Source: Lama guanicoe (taxonomy: Eukaryota). From it: a stretch of DNA of 43,306 nucleotides. Shown here piece by piece: positions 13,243 to 24,678 of the stretch. Location: the NCBI GenBank assembly GCA_013239625.1, contig MU053416.1:3122-46427 (forward strand). The letters run 5' to 3'. The translations under genes and the position numbers were made by a program. The notes beneath the pieces were generated by a model. That model saw only the letters and a program-made list of their open reading frames with translations. It did no database searches and was not told where the DNA came from. Each line of letters opens with the position of its first letter. Within the stretch, counting starts at the first letter, position 1.

Positions 13243-14597
13243 ATGTGCCTGAGGATTGGGACACAGTGGCTCTCCAGCCAGATGATGTCTGGAGGACACT
13301 GGAGTTGTTAGAAAATAATGTCCCACTAGCCCACCAAGAGGCAGCCAAGAGGCTGGCCTAGATGTTCTTGTTGGTTTTGTTGCATGCTAGCCAAGACCTG
13401 AAAGAATTGCAGTTGCAAGTGGAGAAGTTACAGCGCAGGAAAGAGGAACTTGAGCAGAGACCTGGCACAACAGAAAGGTGCCCACATGGTCCCAGCTCTG
13501 CCACCTCTGAGAGCGACTCTGCCTGCTCAGCTCCAGTCCCACTGTCCCTGAGAGCAGTAAGCCCAACCCCTCCCCTCGTGCTGCTGCATTTATGGCCCGT
13601 GGTGAGGCAGCGGGTGGAACTGGAGGATGCCATGGCTCAGGGGGGAGTTTCTGCAGGACCATGGTGAGTGACATGACAAACTACCTATACGTCTTATACA
13701 TCAATGGAATTGTGAGACCTAGGAAAGCAATGCAAGCAGCATATGGATGAGCCAGTCCCCACATGGCTACTGCACCTTTGGGATGATGGGGTTGATCAGA
13801 CTGAGCTACCTCCAAAGAAGATGGCCAAGCTGGCCAGCATAACAACCATCCCTTCACTGTGGCAGCAGCTGCAAACTATTCCCCAGTCTAATGCTGATGC
13901 TGGCAACCATACACTGATAAGCTGGTTAATGGCTGCTGTACACACTGTGTGGGAAAGTGCAGGGGATTTGCCTGAACACGTGAGTAAATGGACCACATAT
14001 TTGGACCTAGCACAAGTTGTCCGAGAAATGAGCATGCACCAGAAGATGTTTTCTTTGCATTTCTGTAATCCAGATGATGAGCTCCTTACAGCTCAGATGA
14101 AAGATTTGATTTTGGCTAATGGCCCAGTGGGAACGCTTGGGACTATGTTGGCACTACTAGCACCATATGTAGACCACCCCATACATGAAGTAACTGAGGC
14201 TCTGGCTTGTCTGGGGGAAATAAAGATGTGCTGAAAGGGGGTACTTTCTGCCAAGACTCAAGGTGAGTCCAAGACCTCCTCCTGTGCAGTGACTCAGAAA
14301 GGGAAGTCCACATAGAGGAGGGAAAAAGGGGAATGCTCCAATTTTGGGAGGGCCCCAAAAGCTAGATCACTGGCAGATATGGCAGCTGTCTTGGACCATG
14401 TAAAATTAGATGGCCAGCCTTTGGACGTGCTGATGGCCTTATGGAAGAAATTATGGCCTGAGCACAATATACTCCATTGCCAACCTCCCATCAGGCCTGA
14501 GAGGTGGCCTTTGCTGATTTCCTCCCAGGCTAGGAGGGATGCCAAAGTATTCGGGATGTGGGGCACCCTGATGACCAGAGGTCACATGTTGAACTGA
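13243..14597 (+). pseudogene. ERV gag remnant
   Basis: Coiled-coil segment QDLKELQLQVEKLQRRKEELE, and EPVPTWLLHLWDDG...MAKLASITTIPSL (13743-14234), which resembles the class III gag motif W.LR.WD.G. Frameshifted. Confidence 0.8.
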
Positions 14598-17500
14598 CTA
14601 CCCACTGGTCCCCCATGAATAAACAGTGAGTGCTGGTACTAGTAGACACAGGAGCTGAAATTACATTTGTGAATGGAAATCCGGAGCATTTTGGGGGATT
14701 GTGGGTTGATATAGAAAGATACGGAAATAAGCAGATGCATATTAAATAAGTGACTCTGATTTTGGGCATTGGCCATCTGCCCCCTGCTTCATATGAAGTG
14801 CACATATCCCTAGTAGCTGAGTATATTCTGGGAATAGACATTTTGCAAGGACTGCAAATACAGATGACTCAAGGGGAATTTCACCTGACAGTTCACGTGG
14901 TGAAAACTGTTATATGGGGGCATCCTTATCATGAACCTTTGATTTTGCCACAGTTCACATGAATGGTGAATGTCTGGCAATATCGAGTGCCCAGAGGCCA
15001 TAAAGATAGGCTACTCTGAAGCTTGAGGAAGCCGGTATAATTTGGGCAATGCATAGCCCATATGACTCTCCAGTGTGGCCAGTGTGGAAGCCAGATGTCT
15101 CCTAGAGGATGACAGAGGACTATAAGGAACTGAATAAAGTCACTCCCCCCATGCATGCAGCTTTGCCAAATATAACAGATTTGATGGACCAGCTGTCCCA
15201 TCAACAGGATACTTGTCAATATGTGGTTGACCTGGCTAATGCATTCTTCTCTACAGATATAGCCCCTGAGAGCCAAGAACAGTTTGCCTTCACCTGGGAA
15301 GGCAAACAGTGGACATTTGCTGTGTTGTCACAGGGATATCTACACAGCCCCACACTGTGCCATGGCCTGGTGGCTCAGGACCTGGCTACATGTAGCAAAC
15401 CGGATACTGTTCATTTGTTCTATTGTATAGATAACATAATGCTAACCTCTGATCCTCTTTCAGATTTGGAAGCCAGTGCCACAGCGCTGCGAGAAGCCCT
15501 GGCAGGCTGGGGGTGGGCCGTGAACAAGGACAAAGTGCAAGGACCTAGATACTCTGTCAAATTCTCGGGTGTTGTCTGGTCGGGTAAGACAAAAGTACTG
15601 CCTGAGGCAATAATGGAATCCAGGCGTATTCCCTCCCTGAAACAGTTAAACTGTTACAGACTTATTTAGGTCTTCTGGGATACTGGCGGGTGTTTATTCC
15701 TCATTTGGCTCAAATAGCTAAACCCCTGTATAAACTGATTAAAAAGGGAGAAGTCTGGAATTGATCTGATGAGACAAAATGTGCATTTGTTGAAACTAAG
15801 AGGGCAGTGGCCCAAGCGCAAGCACAAGCACTATAGAGCCAGACCTCCCTTTCTGGTTAACAGTCCACGTGGACAATGAAGGATATGGTTGGGGCTTATG
15901 GCAAAAACACGGCAATCGAAAGTGCCCATAAGATTCTGGTTTCAGTTGTAGAAAGGGGCTGAATATCATTATTCTTTGATTGAGAAACAATTGCTAGCAA
16001 TTTATGCTTCCTTGATAGCCACTGAACCCCTGACAGGGAAGAAAGAGGTCCAAGTGCACACCACGTACCCTACTGCAGGATGGTACAGACATGGGCAAAG
16101 CAACCCCGATCGGGAACTGCCCAAACCCCAACTCTGACGAAGTGGGGTGCTTACTTGAAACAGAGAGCCCAGTACACCCCTAGTCCCTTGGCTGCAGAGA
16201 TGCAGCATGTGTTAGGCCCTGTGAGATTTGCTGCCCTTGCCATACAGATGCTCTCACAACAAAGAGTGGACCCTGTGCCCAGTCTCTTTCATGAAGATAA
16301 AGGGCCACCCCTGGGAACTGCTTGATATACAGATGGATCTTATAAGGGCAGTCCACCCACTTGGGTTGCAGTAGCACTGCACCCTGTCACTGAAGCCTTC
16401 TGGTATGAGACAGGAGAAGGCCAATCCAGCCAATGGGCTGAATTATGGGCAGTATGGATGGTGTTGATGAATGAACATAGCCCCTTGCAGGTTTGCATGG
16501 ATAGTCGGGCTGTGTATCAAGGCTTCACATTGTAGATACCCCAATGGGCCTTGCAAGACTGGATGATTGGGCACTGGCCCCTGTGGGGATAATAGATGTG
16601 GAAACAGTTATGGGATAAAGGCCAAGAAGGTCAGTATACTGTTTATCATGTACCAGGGAAATGCCCAGTCTTGGCAGCAGGCAATGATGCTGCTGATGTG
16701 CTAGCAACTTTGCCCTGACACAGGTCCCTGGCTCCATAAGAAACTTGGTCATGTAGGCTCATACACAATGAGGCAGGTAGCCGACAGGTGGGGTCTGTAT
16801 CTGAGCCACAGTGAAGCCAAAGATGCTGTGTGGCAGTGCCCATGGTGTGCTAAGCACCACCTGCACTGGTGGCAATGGCCCCAACAGATGAGGAAGATTG
16901 CACGGGGAATTCAGCCATTGTAGGCATGGCAAATAGATTACATAGGCCCATTTGCTCCTAGTACCAGCTTACGGTACCTGTTGACAGTGGTGGACACCTC
17001 TACTGGCCTAGGTTTTGTTTGCCATTTGCTCCGAGCTACACATGACTCTACTATTACAGCATTGGGAGTTTTACGGGCCTATTATGGGGCTCCCTTAGAA
17101 ATACAAAGTGATAGAGGGACCCCTTTTACTGCCCAACAGACCCAAGAATGGGCCAAAGAAAATGGTATTAACTGGACATTTTATGTGACTTACTGTCCCC
17201 AAGCAGCAGAATGATTGAATGGTACAATGGCCTATTAAAGGACAAACGGAGGGCTCTCATACCACAAGGGCGAGGCTGGAACAGTGTCTTGCCACAGATG
17301 GTATGTCTTTTGAATGAAAAACCTTGCTGTACAGGTATGAGCCCACTGGAAAATTATTGCAAGGGGCCATTTGGATGTTCAGATTAGGGCCCATGAAGGA
17401 TGTCTTCGATGTCTCAATAGTGGGGCATGTGTTAATATTATGCTCCCTCAGGGTGTTGAACTCGGGATGACAGGACACCTGGACATGGAATCAGGTCCAG

Positions 17501-17850
17501 ACTGAAAGTCCCTGGCTAGCCCTTTTGGAATCATGGGGCGATGGGCTAAAGAAAGCCCTGCAGATAACCCCAGGAGTGGGGAAATGGCCTTTTGATGTAC
17601 AGGTTACCCTAGGGAAAACAGGAGTGTCCCTACTTAAAGGAGCAGAAGCCCTACAGCATTGGGCAATTCCAGTGATAGATCCTAAAGCATTTCCAGACTG
17701 TAACCAACCTAGTGTGGGCAGGTTGGTGTGGTACCACCACCCAGGACGAACAGCCCTTCCTGCCACTGCACCCTCACAAGAAAGTGGCTTGCATCCTCCC
17801 ACAAGGGAGAGATTTGGCAATCATGGCATCCACCTCTGCTCTGTCCTACT
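14598..17850 (+). pseudogene. ERV pro-pol remnant (protease, RT, RNase H, integrase)
   Basis: Protease LVDTGAE (~14639) and ILGIDIL. RT VVDLANAFF, QFAFTW, LSQGYLHSPTLCH and CIDNIML (YIDD-derived). RNase H YTDGS (~16326) and SQWAEL. Integrase WQIDYIGP (~16927), VDTSTG, SDRGTPF and PQAA. Numerous stops and frameshifts. Confidence 0.95.
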
Positions 17851-18373
17851 GTCCAGGGTTAGAGCAAATACCATGTTCTCCTGGGCACACACATTTGCAC
17901 GAGTCCACAATATCTCTCACTGTTGGGTCTATACTGAACTTCCTGTAGAGGCAGGAGATGGACTGCTGTGGCACCTCCACCCCACGTGCAGAGCTAATTG
18001 GATCAGCTTGATTTGATGGAATGCCAACAGGACGGCTAGATGGCCCTGGAACTTGCTGCAGCAGACTATTGAAAAGACATTCTGATGTGAGTGGGACAAT
18101 ACCCCCTCCAATTGGAGGGACTGTATGGAATGGGTGGGGATGGATGAATAGTGTTTATGTAAAAGTGAGAAATTTAAGCCTTCTCTGTATTGAGCAGTGG
18201 ATTGAACACAATGCTCCAAACAGCACAATGGGAGGTGGCTTCCAGAAGATCTATGTGCCAACTTTACTTATAATGTAAATACCTACATATTGGTAAGATA
18301 CTGTACTCTGTATTGTTGTTGTCATCTTTGGGCAGAGTGCTCCACCCTGTGGGCCAGGATCCCCACGACCTAG
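17850..18373 (+). pseudogene. ERV env remnant: SU N-terminus fused to the cytoplasmic tail
   Basis: FSWAHTFARVHNISHCWVYTELP (CWxC-like motif, TGT>TAT at 17930), WNGWGW, CIEQ, several N-x-S/T sequons, then CTLYCCCHLWAECSTLWARIPTT-stop (TAG at 18371) directly before the PPT. Confidence 0.75.
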
Positions 18374-18382
18374 GGGGTGGAA
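18372..18382 (+). promoter_or_regulatory. Retroviral polypurine tract
   Basis: AGGGGGTGGAA followed by TGT, the usual class III PPT/LTR junction. Confidence 0.8.
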
Positions 18383-18725
18383 TGTCAGTGGACTTGAGAT
18401 GTTAAGGCCGTGGGACCCAAGGCCACGATCACAACATGTTTGTAGTATGAAGTAAATAATAAAAGTATGCATGTGCAAGAGATATTCTGTAAGCTTTATG
18501 AACAAAGAAATTGACACTGTGCATGTGCTGGCAGAAACTAGATAAAACACAGGACAGCTGCACCATAGGTTGTGCGCATCACCTTGTGGAAATAGACTAA
18601 AGTGCTGTAAACTCCATGTTCTCTCAGGGTGAAGTCTGTTTTGTGGTATGGCATTTCCTCTTGCATTTTTTTCAGTTGGGCTGCTCACCTCCTAGAATCC
18701 CACTTCAGCCTCCCCTTGGCTTACA
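18383..18725 (+). mobile_element. 3' LTR of the ERV (~343 bp)
   Basis: Begins TG right after the PPT. TATA-like GATAAAA at 18541, poly(A)-signal-like ACTAAA at ~18596, candidate end CTTACA at 18725. The end is inferred because there is no second LTR to compare. Confidence 0.6.
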
Positions 18726-18989
18726 GCAGCTTATATGGTTTTAGAGAGAAGTAAGCACTGCTTCAGTGAAACTGGTCCAAATCTTCTCATTTTAACTATG
18801 TTGGTTGGAAGGATCATGAGTCCAGTCCTGATATGCATTCAAAATCTTAAGGTCACAATCCTCTAACCCACCAGGAGGTGAGGATGAACTCACAGTGCAG
18901 GTTGGTGGCTCCAGTGTTTTCCCTAGCATAAGTGTTTTCATAGTCTGTGCTCTAGTGTTAGGTCCTGCCTCTGATTATTTTTTTCCTTC

Positions 18990-21900
18990 CACCTCTTAAC
19001 TACATTTCAGCATCTTGCCTATGCTCTTCTTAGCTGACCCAGTTATTCTCTTTTATTTGGCTTTGAAAATCTGGCAAGAATTCCACCATTCCATGTGAGA
19101 CTAATCCTGGACTTCTGGCAAGAGAATTCCCAAATATTACAAGTCCAACCAATCCCTAACAAGGGTGAAGAAATCCATCCATCTTCAGATTAGGTTTTAC
19201 TTTACCCTTGAGGATTACTTCTTTTCTCTGCATATGCATATTCCCTATAGGAGGAAAATCCCAGGCATTTTTTGGAGATTATTGCTTTTCTTATCCTATC
19301 ACAATTAGAATTAACAAATCTCATGAGATATTCCCATTTATTGAGAGAATAAAACTGTTGCTCAGGGAAGAGTAATGGGTACTATTGGAAGCCAAATCTC
19401 TTAACAGTATTGAAGAAATTTTCATCACCATATTATTTTCTACTGCAGTCCTGAGAATAAAAATTTTTCTATTGTAAATATGGGATCCTTTCTCAGGCCA
19501 GCATTGCCTAGCCATTCTCAGGAGATCACACCAAATACTGTCAAGGTCAAGCCAAATCTCATGAGATTTGCCCTTTCCTCATATGACTTAGGTGATTGCT
19601 CTAGACAGAGTAATTCTCATTATTGGAAATCATATTTAAACTTTCTCAAGGGTAGAAATCACTAATTCACTAGATTCTGTCCTTCTTTATTCCAGAATCC
19701 AACTCCATTTCTCTTTAAGGATGGGTTTTCCTCTCAGGTGCTAGTGAATCTAGCCACTCAGCTGACTTAATATCCTTCCACAAGGGGATTCAGCAAACCT
19801 CATGGGATTTGCCCTTATTCTCATGAGACTAAGTCCCCTGTAGTAGGGAAAGTAATACTAATTACCTCAAAGCAAATTTGTTCTCAACTCTGGTGAAGAA
19901 ATCCATCCATTGCCCATTCTTTCCTATGTTACACCTGAGATGAAACAATTTTCCTTTCATTTATAGGCTTCTTTCCCCTCAAAGTTTGACTTAGCCACTC
20001 TCTAGTGATTACCCAGGCATTCTCTTCCAAGAGGTTTTCAAAATCTCTTTAGATTTTCGCCATTACTCGTGAGACTAAGCCTAATGTTCTGGCAAGAGAA
20101 TGCCCAAATATTGCAAGTCCAACCTATCCCTAACTTGGGTGAAAAAAATCCATCCATCTTCAGATTAGGTTTTACTTTAACCCTGAGAGTTACTCGTTTA
20201 CTCAGCACACACAGATTCCCTTCTAAGAGGAGTAAAAATCCAGGCATTCTCAAAAGATTATTATTCTTTTTGATCCTATTACATTAGAATCAAATTTCAA
20301 TTGAGCAAATTTCATGAGATTTTCCCCTTTCTAGAGAGACTGAACATTTCTCTAGGAAGAGTAATCCTCATTATTGGATGTCAAATATATACTTAACAGT
20401 GGTGAAGAAATCAACATCTCCAGATAATTTCCTTTTGCAGTCCTCAGAATAACTCAGTTTTTTACTCTAAACATGGGTTAATTTTGTAGGTGTGCAGTAG
20501 CCGAGCCTCTATCAGGTGATCAAAGTTAATCAGAGGATCTCACCAAATTGGCCATTTTCTCACATGACTTAAGCAGCTTCTCTGGGGAAAGTAGTTCTAA
20601 AGATTAGAAATCAAATCTATCCCTGCTGGGGCCAAGAAATAACTCCATCACCAGAGAATAAGTCTATTGCTCTGAGGAGAGTAATCCATAATATTGGAAG
20701 TCAAATCTCTCCTTACCAGTGGTGAAGAAATCAACATCACCAGATTATTTCCTTTTGCAGTTGTGAGAATAACTTCTTTTGATTGTAAATATGGGTTCCT
20801 TACTCAGGCAAGCTTAGCCCAGCCATCTCAGTTGATTACCCCTTCTCCTGTCAAGGTGGAGTCAAATCTCACAAGAATTGCCCTTTTCTTGCATGTCTCA
20901 GACCACATTCTCATTATTGGAATCATGTCTATTCTTACTTGAAGGGAAGAAATCACCCCATCACCAGAATTTGTCATTCTAAATTCCTGAGATGAACTCT
21001 GTTTTTGAGGAAGGACTGATTTTCTTCTCAGGCGACTGTGAAGCCAGCCACTCTTGGCTGACTAAGCCCATAACCTCTCACAAGGGGCTCAGAAAATCTC
21101 ATGATATTTGCCCTATTCTCACTAGACAAAGTCCCCTGCACTGGGAAGAGTAATGTCAATTATTTCAAGATGAATGTGTTCTTAACCCTGGTGAAGTAAT
21201 CCATCCATTGCCGCAGTCTTTTCTATTTCACACCTGAGACTACTATTTTCTTCATTTGTAGATTTCTTTGCCTTCAAAGCATGAAAGCCACTCTTGAGTG
21301 ATTATCCAGGTACTCTCTTCCAAGAGGTTTTGGATAGCTCATTTGATTTCCATCATTCCCCGTGAGAATAAGTCTAGTGTTCTGGAAAGAGAATTCCCAA
21401 ATACTGTAAGTCCAACCTATTCCTAACTTGAGTGAAGAAATCCATCCATCTTCAGATTAGGTTTTACTTTACTCTTAAGGGTTACTCCTTTTCTGGGCTT
21501 ATTCAGATTCCCTTCCAAGAGGAGTGAAAGCCCAGGCATTCTCAGGTGATTATTATTCTTTTTTAATCCTATCATATTTAGGGTCACAAATTTCATGAGA
21601 TTTTACTGGTTCTAGAGAGACTAAGATCATTTATCTGAGGAGACTGATCCCCAATATTGGATGTAAAATCTATACATAACAGTGGTGAAGAAATCATCAT
21701 CAGATTATTTCCTTTTGCAGTCCTGATACTAACTCATTTTAACTCTAAACATGGGTTCCATTCTCAGGTGAGCAATAGCCCAGCCCCTCTCAGGTGATTA
21801 TTGCTCTTCCTCTCAAAGGCCAGTCAAATCTGACATGATTGGCCATTTTCTCGACTGACCCTGTCAGGTGCTCTGGGTAAAGTAATTCTTTTGATTGGAA

Positions 21901-23842
21901 ATCAAATCTATTCTTGCTGGAGTGAAGAAATACCTTCATTGCCAGATTCTTAGGCTAACTTCTATTCTCTGTGAAAATGAATATCTCCTCAAGTGAGCAT
22001 AAATCCAGGCAATGTCAGCTAACTAAACCCATAAAATCTCATGAGATTTTATCCTTTCCTGGCAAGAGTAAGCTGCTATGGAGGGAAATCCCAATTGTTG
22101 AAAAGTGAGTTTCCTATTTACTGGCAAGAAGAAATCCATCCATTGCCAGATTAGTTTCTAAATCATACCTGAGTCTATCTCTTCATATATGAATTGCTCT
22201 CTCTGATAAAGTGTGATTTAGCCACACTCGGGTGATTTTCCTGTTATTCTCTTTCAAATAATTTTGAAAATCCAGTAAGATTTGCATCTTTCCCCGTGAG
22301 ACAAAACCTGATGTTCTGGCAAGAAAATTCCCAAATATTGCAAGATCAAACTATTCTGAACTCAGTTGAAGAAATCCACCCATCTTCAGATTAGTGTTTT
22401 CTTTACCCTTGGGAGTTACTTCTTTTCTTGGCATATGCAGATTTCATTCAAAGTGATTCTGAAATGCAGGCAGAATTGGGAGATTATTCTACTTTTTTAG
22501 TCTTATCACAAGTAGGATCACAAATTTCATGCAACTTTCCTGTTACTTGAGAGACTGAGCCCATTCCTCTGGGGCGAGTAACCCCCATTATTGGATGTCA
22601 AATCTTAACAGTGGTGAAGAAATCATCATTGCCAGATTATTTCCTTTTGCAATCCTGAGAATAACTCATTTTGACTGTAAATATGGGTTCCTTTCTCAGG
22701 TGAGAAGTAGCCCAGCCACTCTAAGGTGATCATCCTTTGCTCAATGGAGAGGTAAATCTCATAATATTAACCCTTCTTTCCTGTGACTCAGCCAGCTGCT
22801 CTGGGGTATGTAATACTCATGATTGGAAATCAAACCTATTATTCCTGGGGTGAATAAATAACTCCATGGTCAGATTCTGTCCTTTTTCACTCCTGAGATA
22901 ACTTCTGTTCTCTACCAAGTTGGATTTTCTCTGAGGGCGAGCTTGAATCCAGGCACTCTCAGCTAACTAATCCCATAAAATCTCATGAGATTTAACCCTT
23001 TTCTCAAGAAAGTAAGTAAGCTGATGTGGGGAAGTGATCCCACTTATTGCAAGTCAAACTTCCTCTTAACTGACATGAAGAAATCCAGCCATTGCCAGAT
23101 TACTTTCTACATGACACCTAAGATTCTCTACTTTTCTCTTCATGTATGGATTTCTTTCTCTGACAAAGTGTGACTTAGCCACTCTTGACTGATTTCTAGG
23201 TGTTCTCTTCCAAGCGGGTTTGAAAATGTTGGTAGATTTCTACCTTTGCCTGCAATACAAGATCTGGTGTCCTGGCAAGAGAATTTCCAAGTATTGCAAG
23301 ACCATACTATTCCTAAATTAGGTAGAGAAGTCCATTCATCTTCAGATTAGGCTATTCTTTACCCTTGATAATTACCCCCTTTCTAGTCATTTGCAGATTC
23401 TCTTCTAAGAGGAGCAAATTCTAAGACACTTTTGGAAGATTTTCATTTTTTACATCTTCTCACAATTAAGATTGCAAATCTTATCAAATATCCCCATTTA
23501 TCCAGGGAATAATCCCATTGTTCTGGGGAGAGTAATCTGTGATATTACAAGTCCAATCTGTTAACAGTGGTGAAGAAAACATCATTGCCATATTATTTCC
23601 TTTTGCAGTCCTAGGAGTACCTTTTTAATGTAAATATAACTTTCTTTCTCAGATGAGCAGTAGCCCAGCCACTCTCAGGTGACCATCCCTATTCCTTTCA
23701 AGGGGTACACAAATCTCCCGAGATTTGCCTTTTTCTGGGGTGACTCAGCCATCTTGTCTGGGAAAGAAATTCTCATTATTGCTGGGGTGAAAAAAAAGTC
23801 CATTGCCATATTCTGTACTTCCTCACTGTTAAGACTAGTTCC
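18990..23842. repeat. Diverged satellite array: ~240-bp monomers in a 4-monomer (~960 bp) higher-order repeat, about 5 units
   Basis: Anchor TGAAGAAAT or a variant at ~19166, 19411, 19652, 19894, 20140, 20403, 20632, 20723, 20945, 21192, 21433, 21686, 21923, 22127, 22367, 22615, 22851, 23076, 23323, 23571 and 23788. Every fourth monomer shares diagnostic flanks such as ccatcttcagattag. Confidence 0.92.
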
Positions 23843-23844
23843 TT

Positions 23845-24678
23845 TAACAAACCAATCACTAGAAATGAAGTGAAAATAGCAATAAAAAACCTCCCTACAA
23901 ATAAAAGTCCAGGACCAGATGGCTTCACCAGGGACTTCTACAAAGAACTCATACCAGTCCTTCTCAAACTCTTCCAGAAGATTGAAAAGGGGGGAATACT
24001 CCCAAACTCATTCTATGAAGCCACCATCACCTTGATACCAAAACCAGTCAAAGACACTACCAAAAAAGAGAATTATAGGCCAATATCACTGATGAACATA
24101 GACGCCAAAATCCTCAAAAAAATGTTAGCAAATAGAATCCAACAACACATAAAAAAGATTATGCATCATGACCAAGTGGGTTTCATCCCAGAGACGCAAG
24201 GGTGGTTCAACATATGCAAATCAATCAATGTAATACATCCCATCAACAAGAGAAAGAAAAAAAACACATGATCATCTCAATCAATGCAGGAAAAGCATTT
24301 GATAAAATTCAACACCTATTTATGATAAAAACGCTCACCAAAGTGGGTATAGAGGGAACATATCTCAACATCATAAAAGCTATATATGACAAACCTACAG
24401 CCAACATAATATTCAACGGTGAAAAATTCAAAAGCTTCCCACTACAATCTGGGACAAGACAAGGATGCCCACTATCACCACTCCAATTCAACATAGTCTT
24501 GGAAGTCCTAGCCAAAGCAATCAGACAAGAGAGAGAAATAAAAGGGGATCCAAATTGGAAGATAAGAGGTAAAAGTGTCACTATATGCCAATGACATGTT
24601 ACTATATATAGAAAACCAAAAAAAGTCCACACAAAAACTACTAGAGCTGATCAAAGAATTCAGCAAGGTAGCAGGTTA
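23845..24678 (+). mobile_element. L1 ORF2 (RT region) fragment truncated at both ends
   Basis: Aligns to ~6905-7736 of the full-length L1 ([32 protein letters not shown]). No poly(A) tail or TSD seen. Confidence 0.96.

Larger units (their letters stand above)
13243..18725 (+). mobile_element. Class III endogenous retrovirus (ERV-S/HERV-S-like), 5'-truncated, env internally deleted, 3' LTR retained
   Basis: Ordered gag, pro, RT, RNase H, integrase and env remnants, then a polypurine tract and a TG...CA LTR candidate. No 5' LTR or primer-binding site found. Confidence 0.9.

Noticed and set aside
13358..17932. APOBEC3-type G-to-A hypermutation of the ERV (apparent Trp-to-stop at ~15103, 15762, 15949, 16323, 16533; D>N at 15433; C>Y at 17930)
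   Set aside because: Trp-to-stop changes are G>A by definition, most TGG codons survive, and apparent C>T changes and indels are also common. Neutral decay suffices unless a strand-bias test against a consensus shows otherwise.
17525..18016. 163-aa ORF as an intact, syncytin-like captured env
   Set aside because: It is a frameshift fusion of the pol C-terminus and the env start, opens on TTG, ends at a premature stop, and lacks the TM ectodomain.
18990..23842. Array read as a CRISPR-like system or a repetitive coding exon (~80-codon unit)
   Set aside because: The sequence between anchors is itself repeated, so there are no unique spacers, and there are no cas-like ORFs. Unit lengths vary by non-multiples of 3 and only short ORFs occur on either strand.
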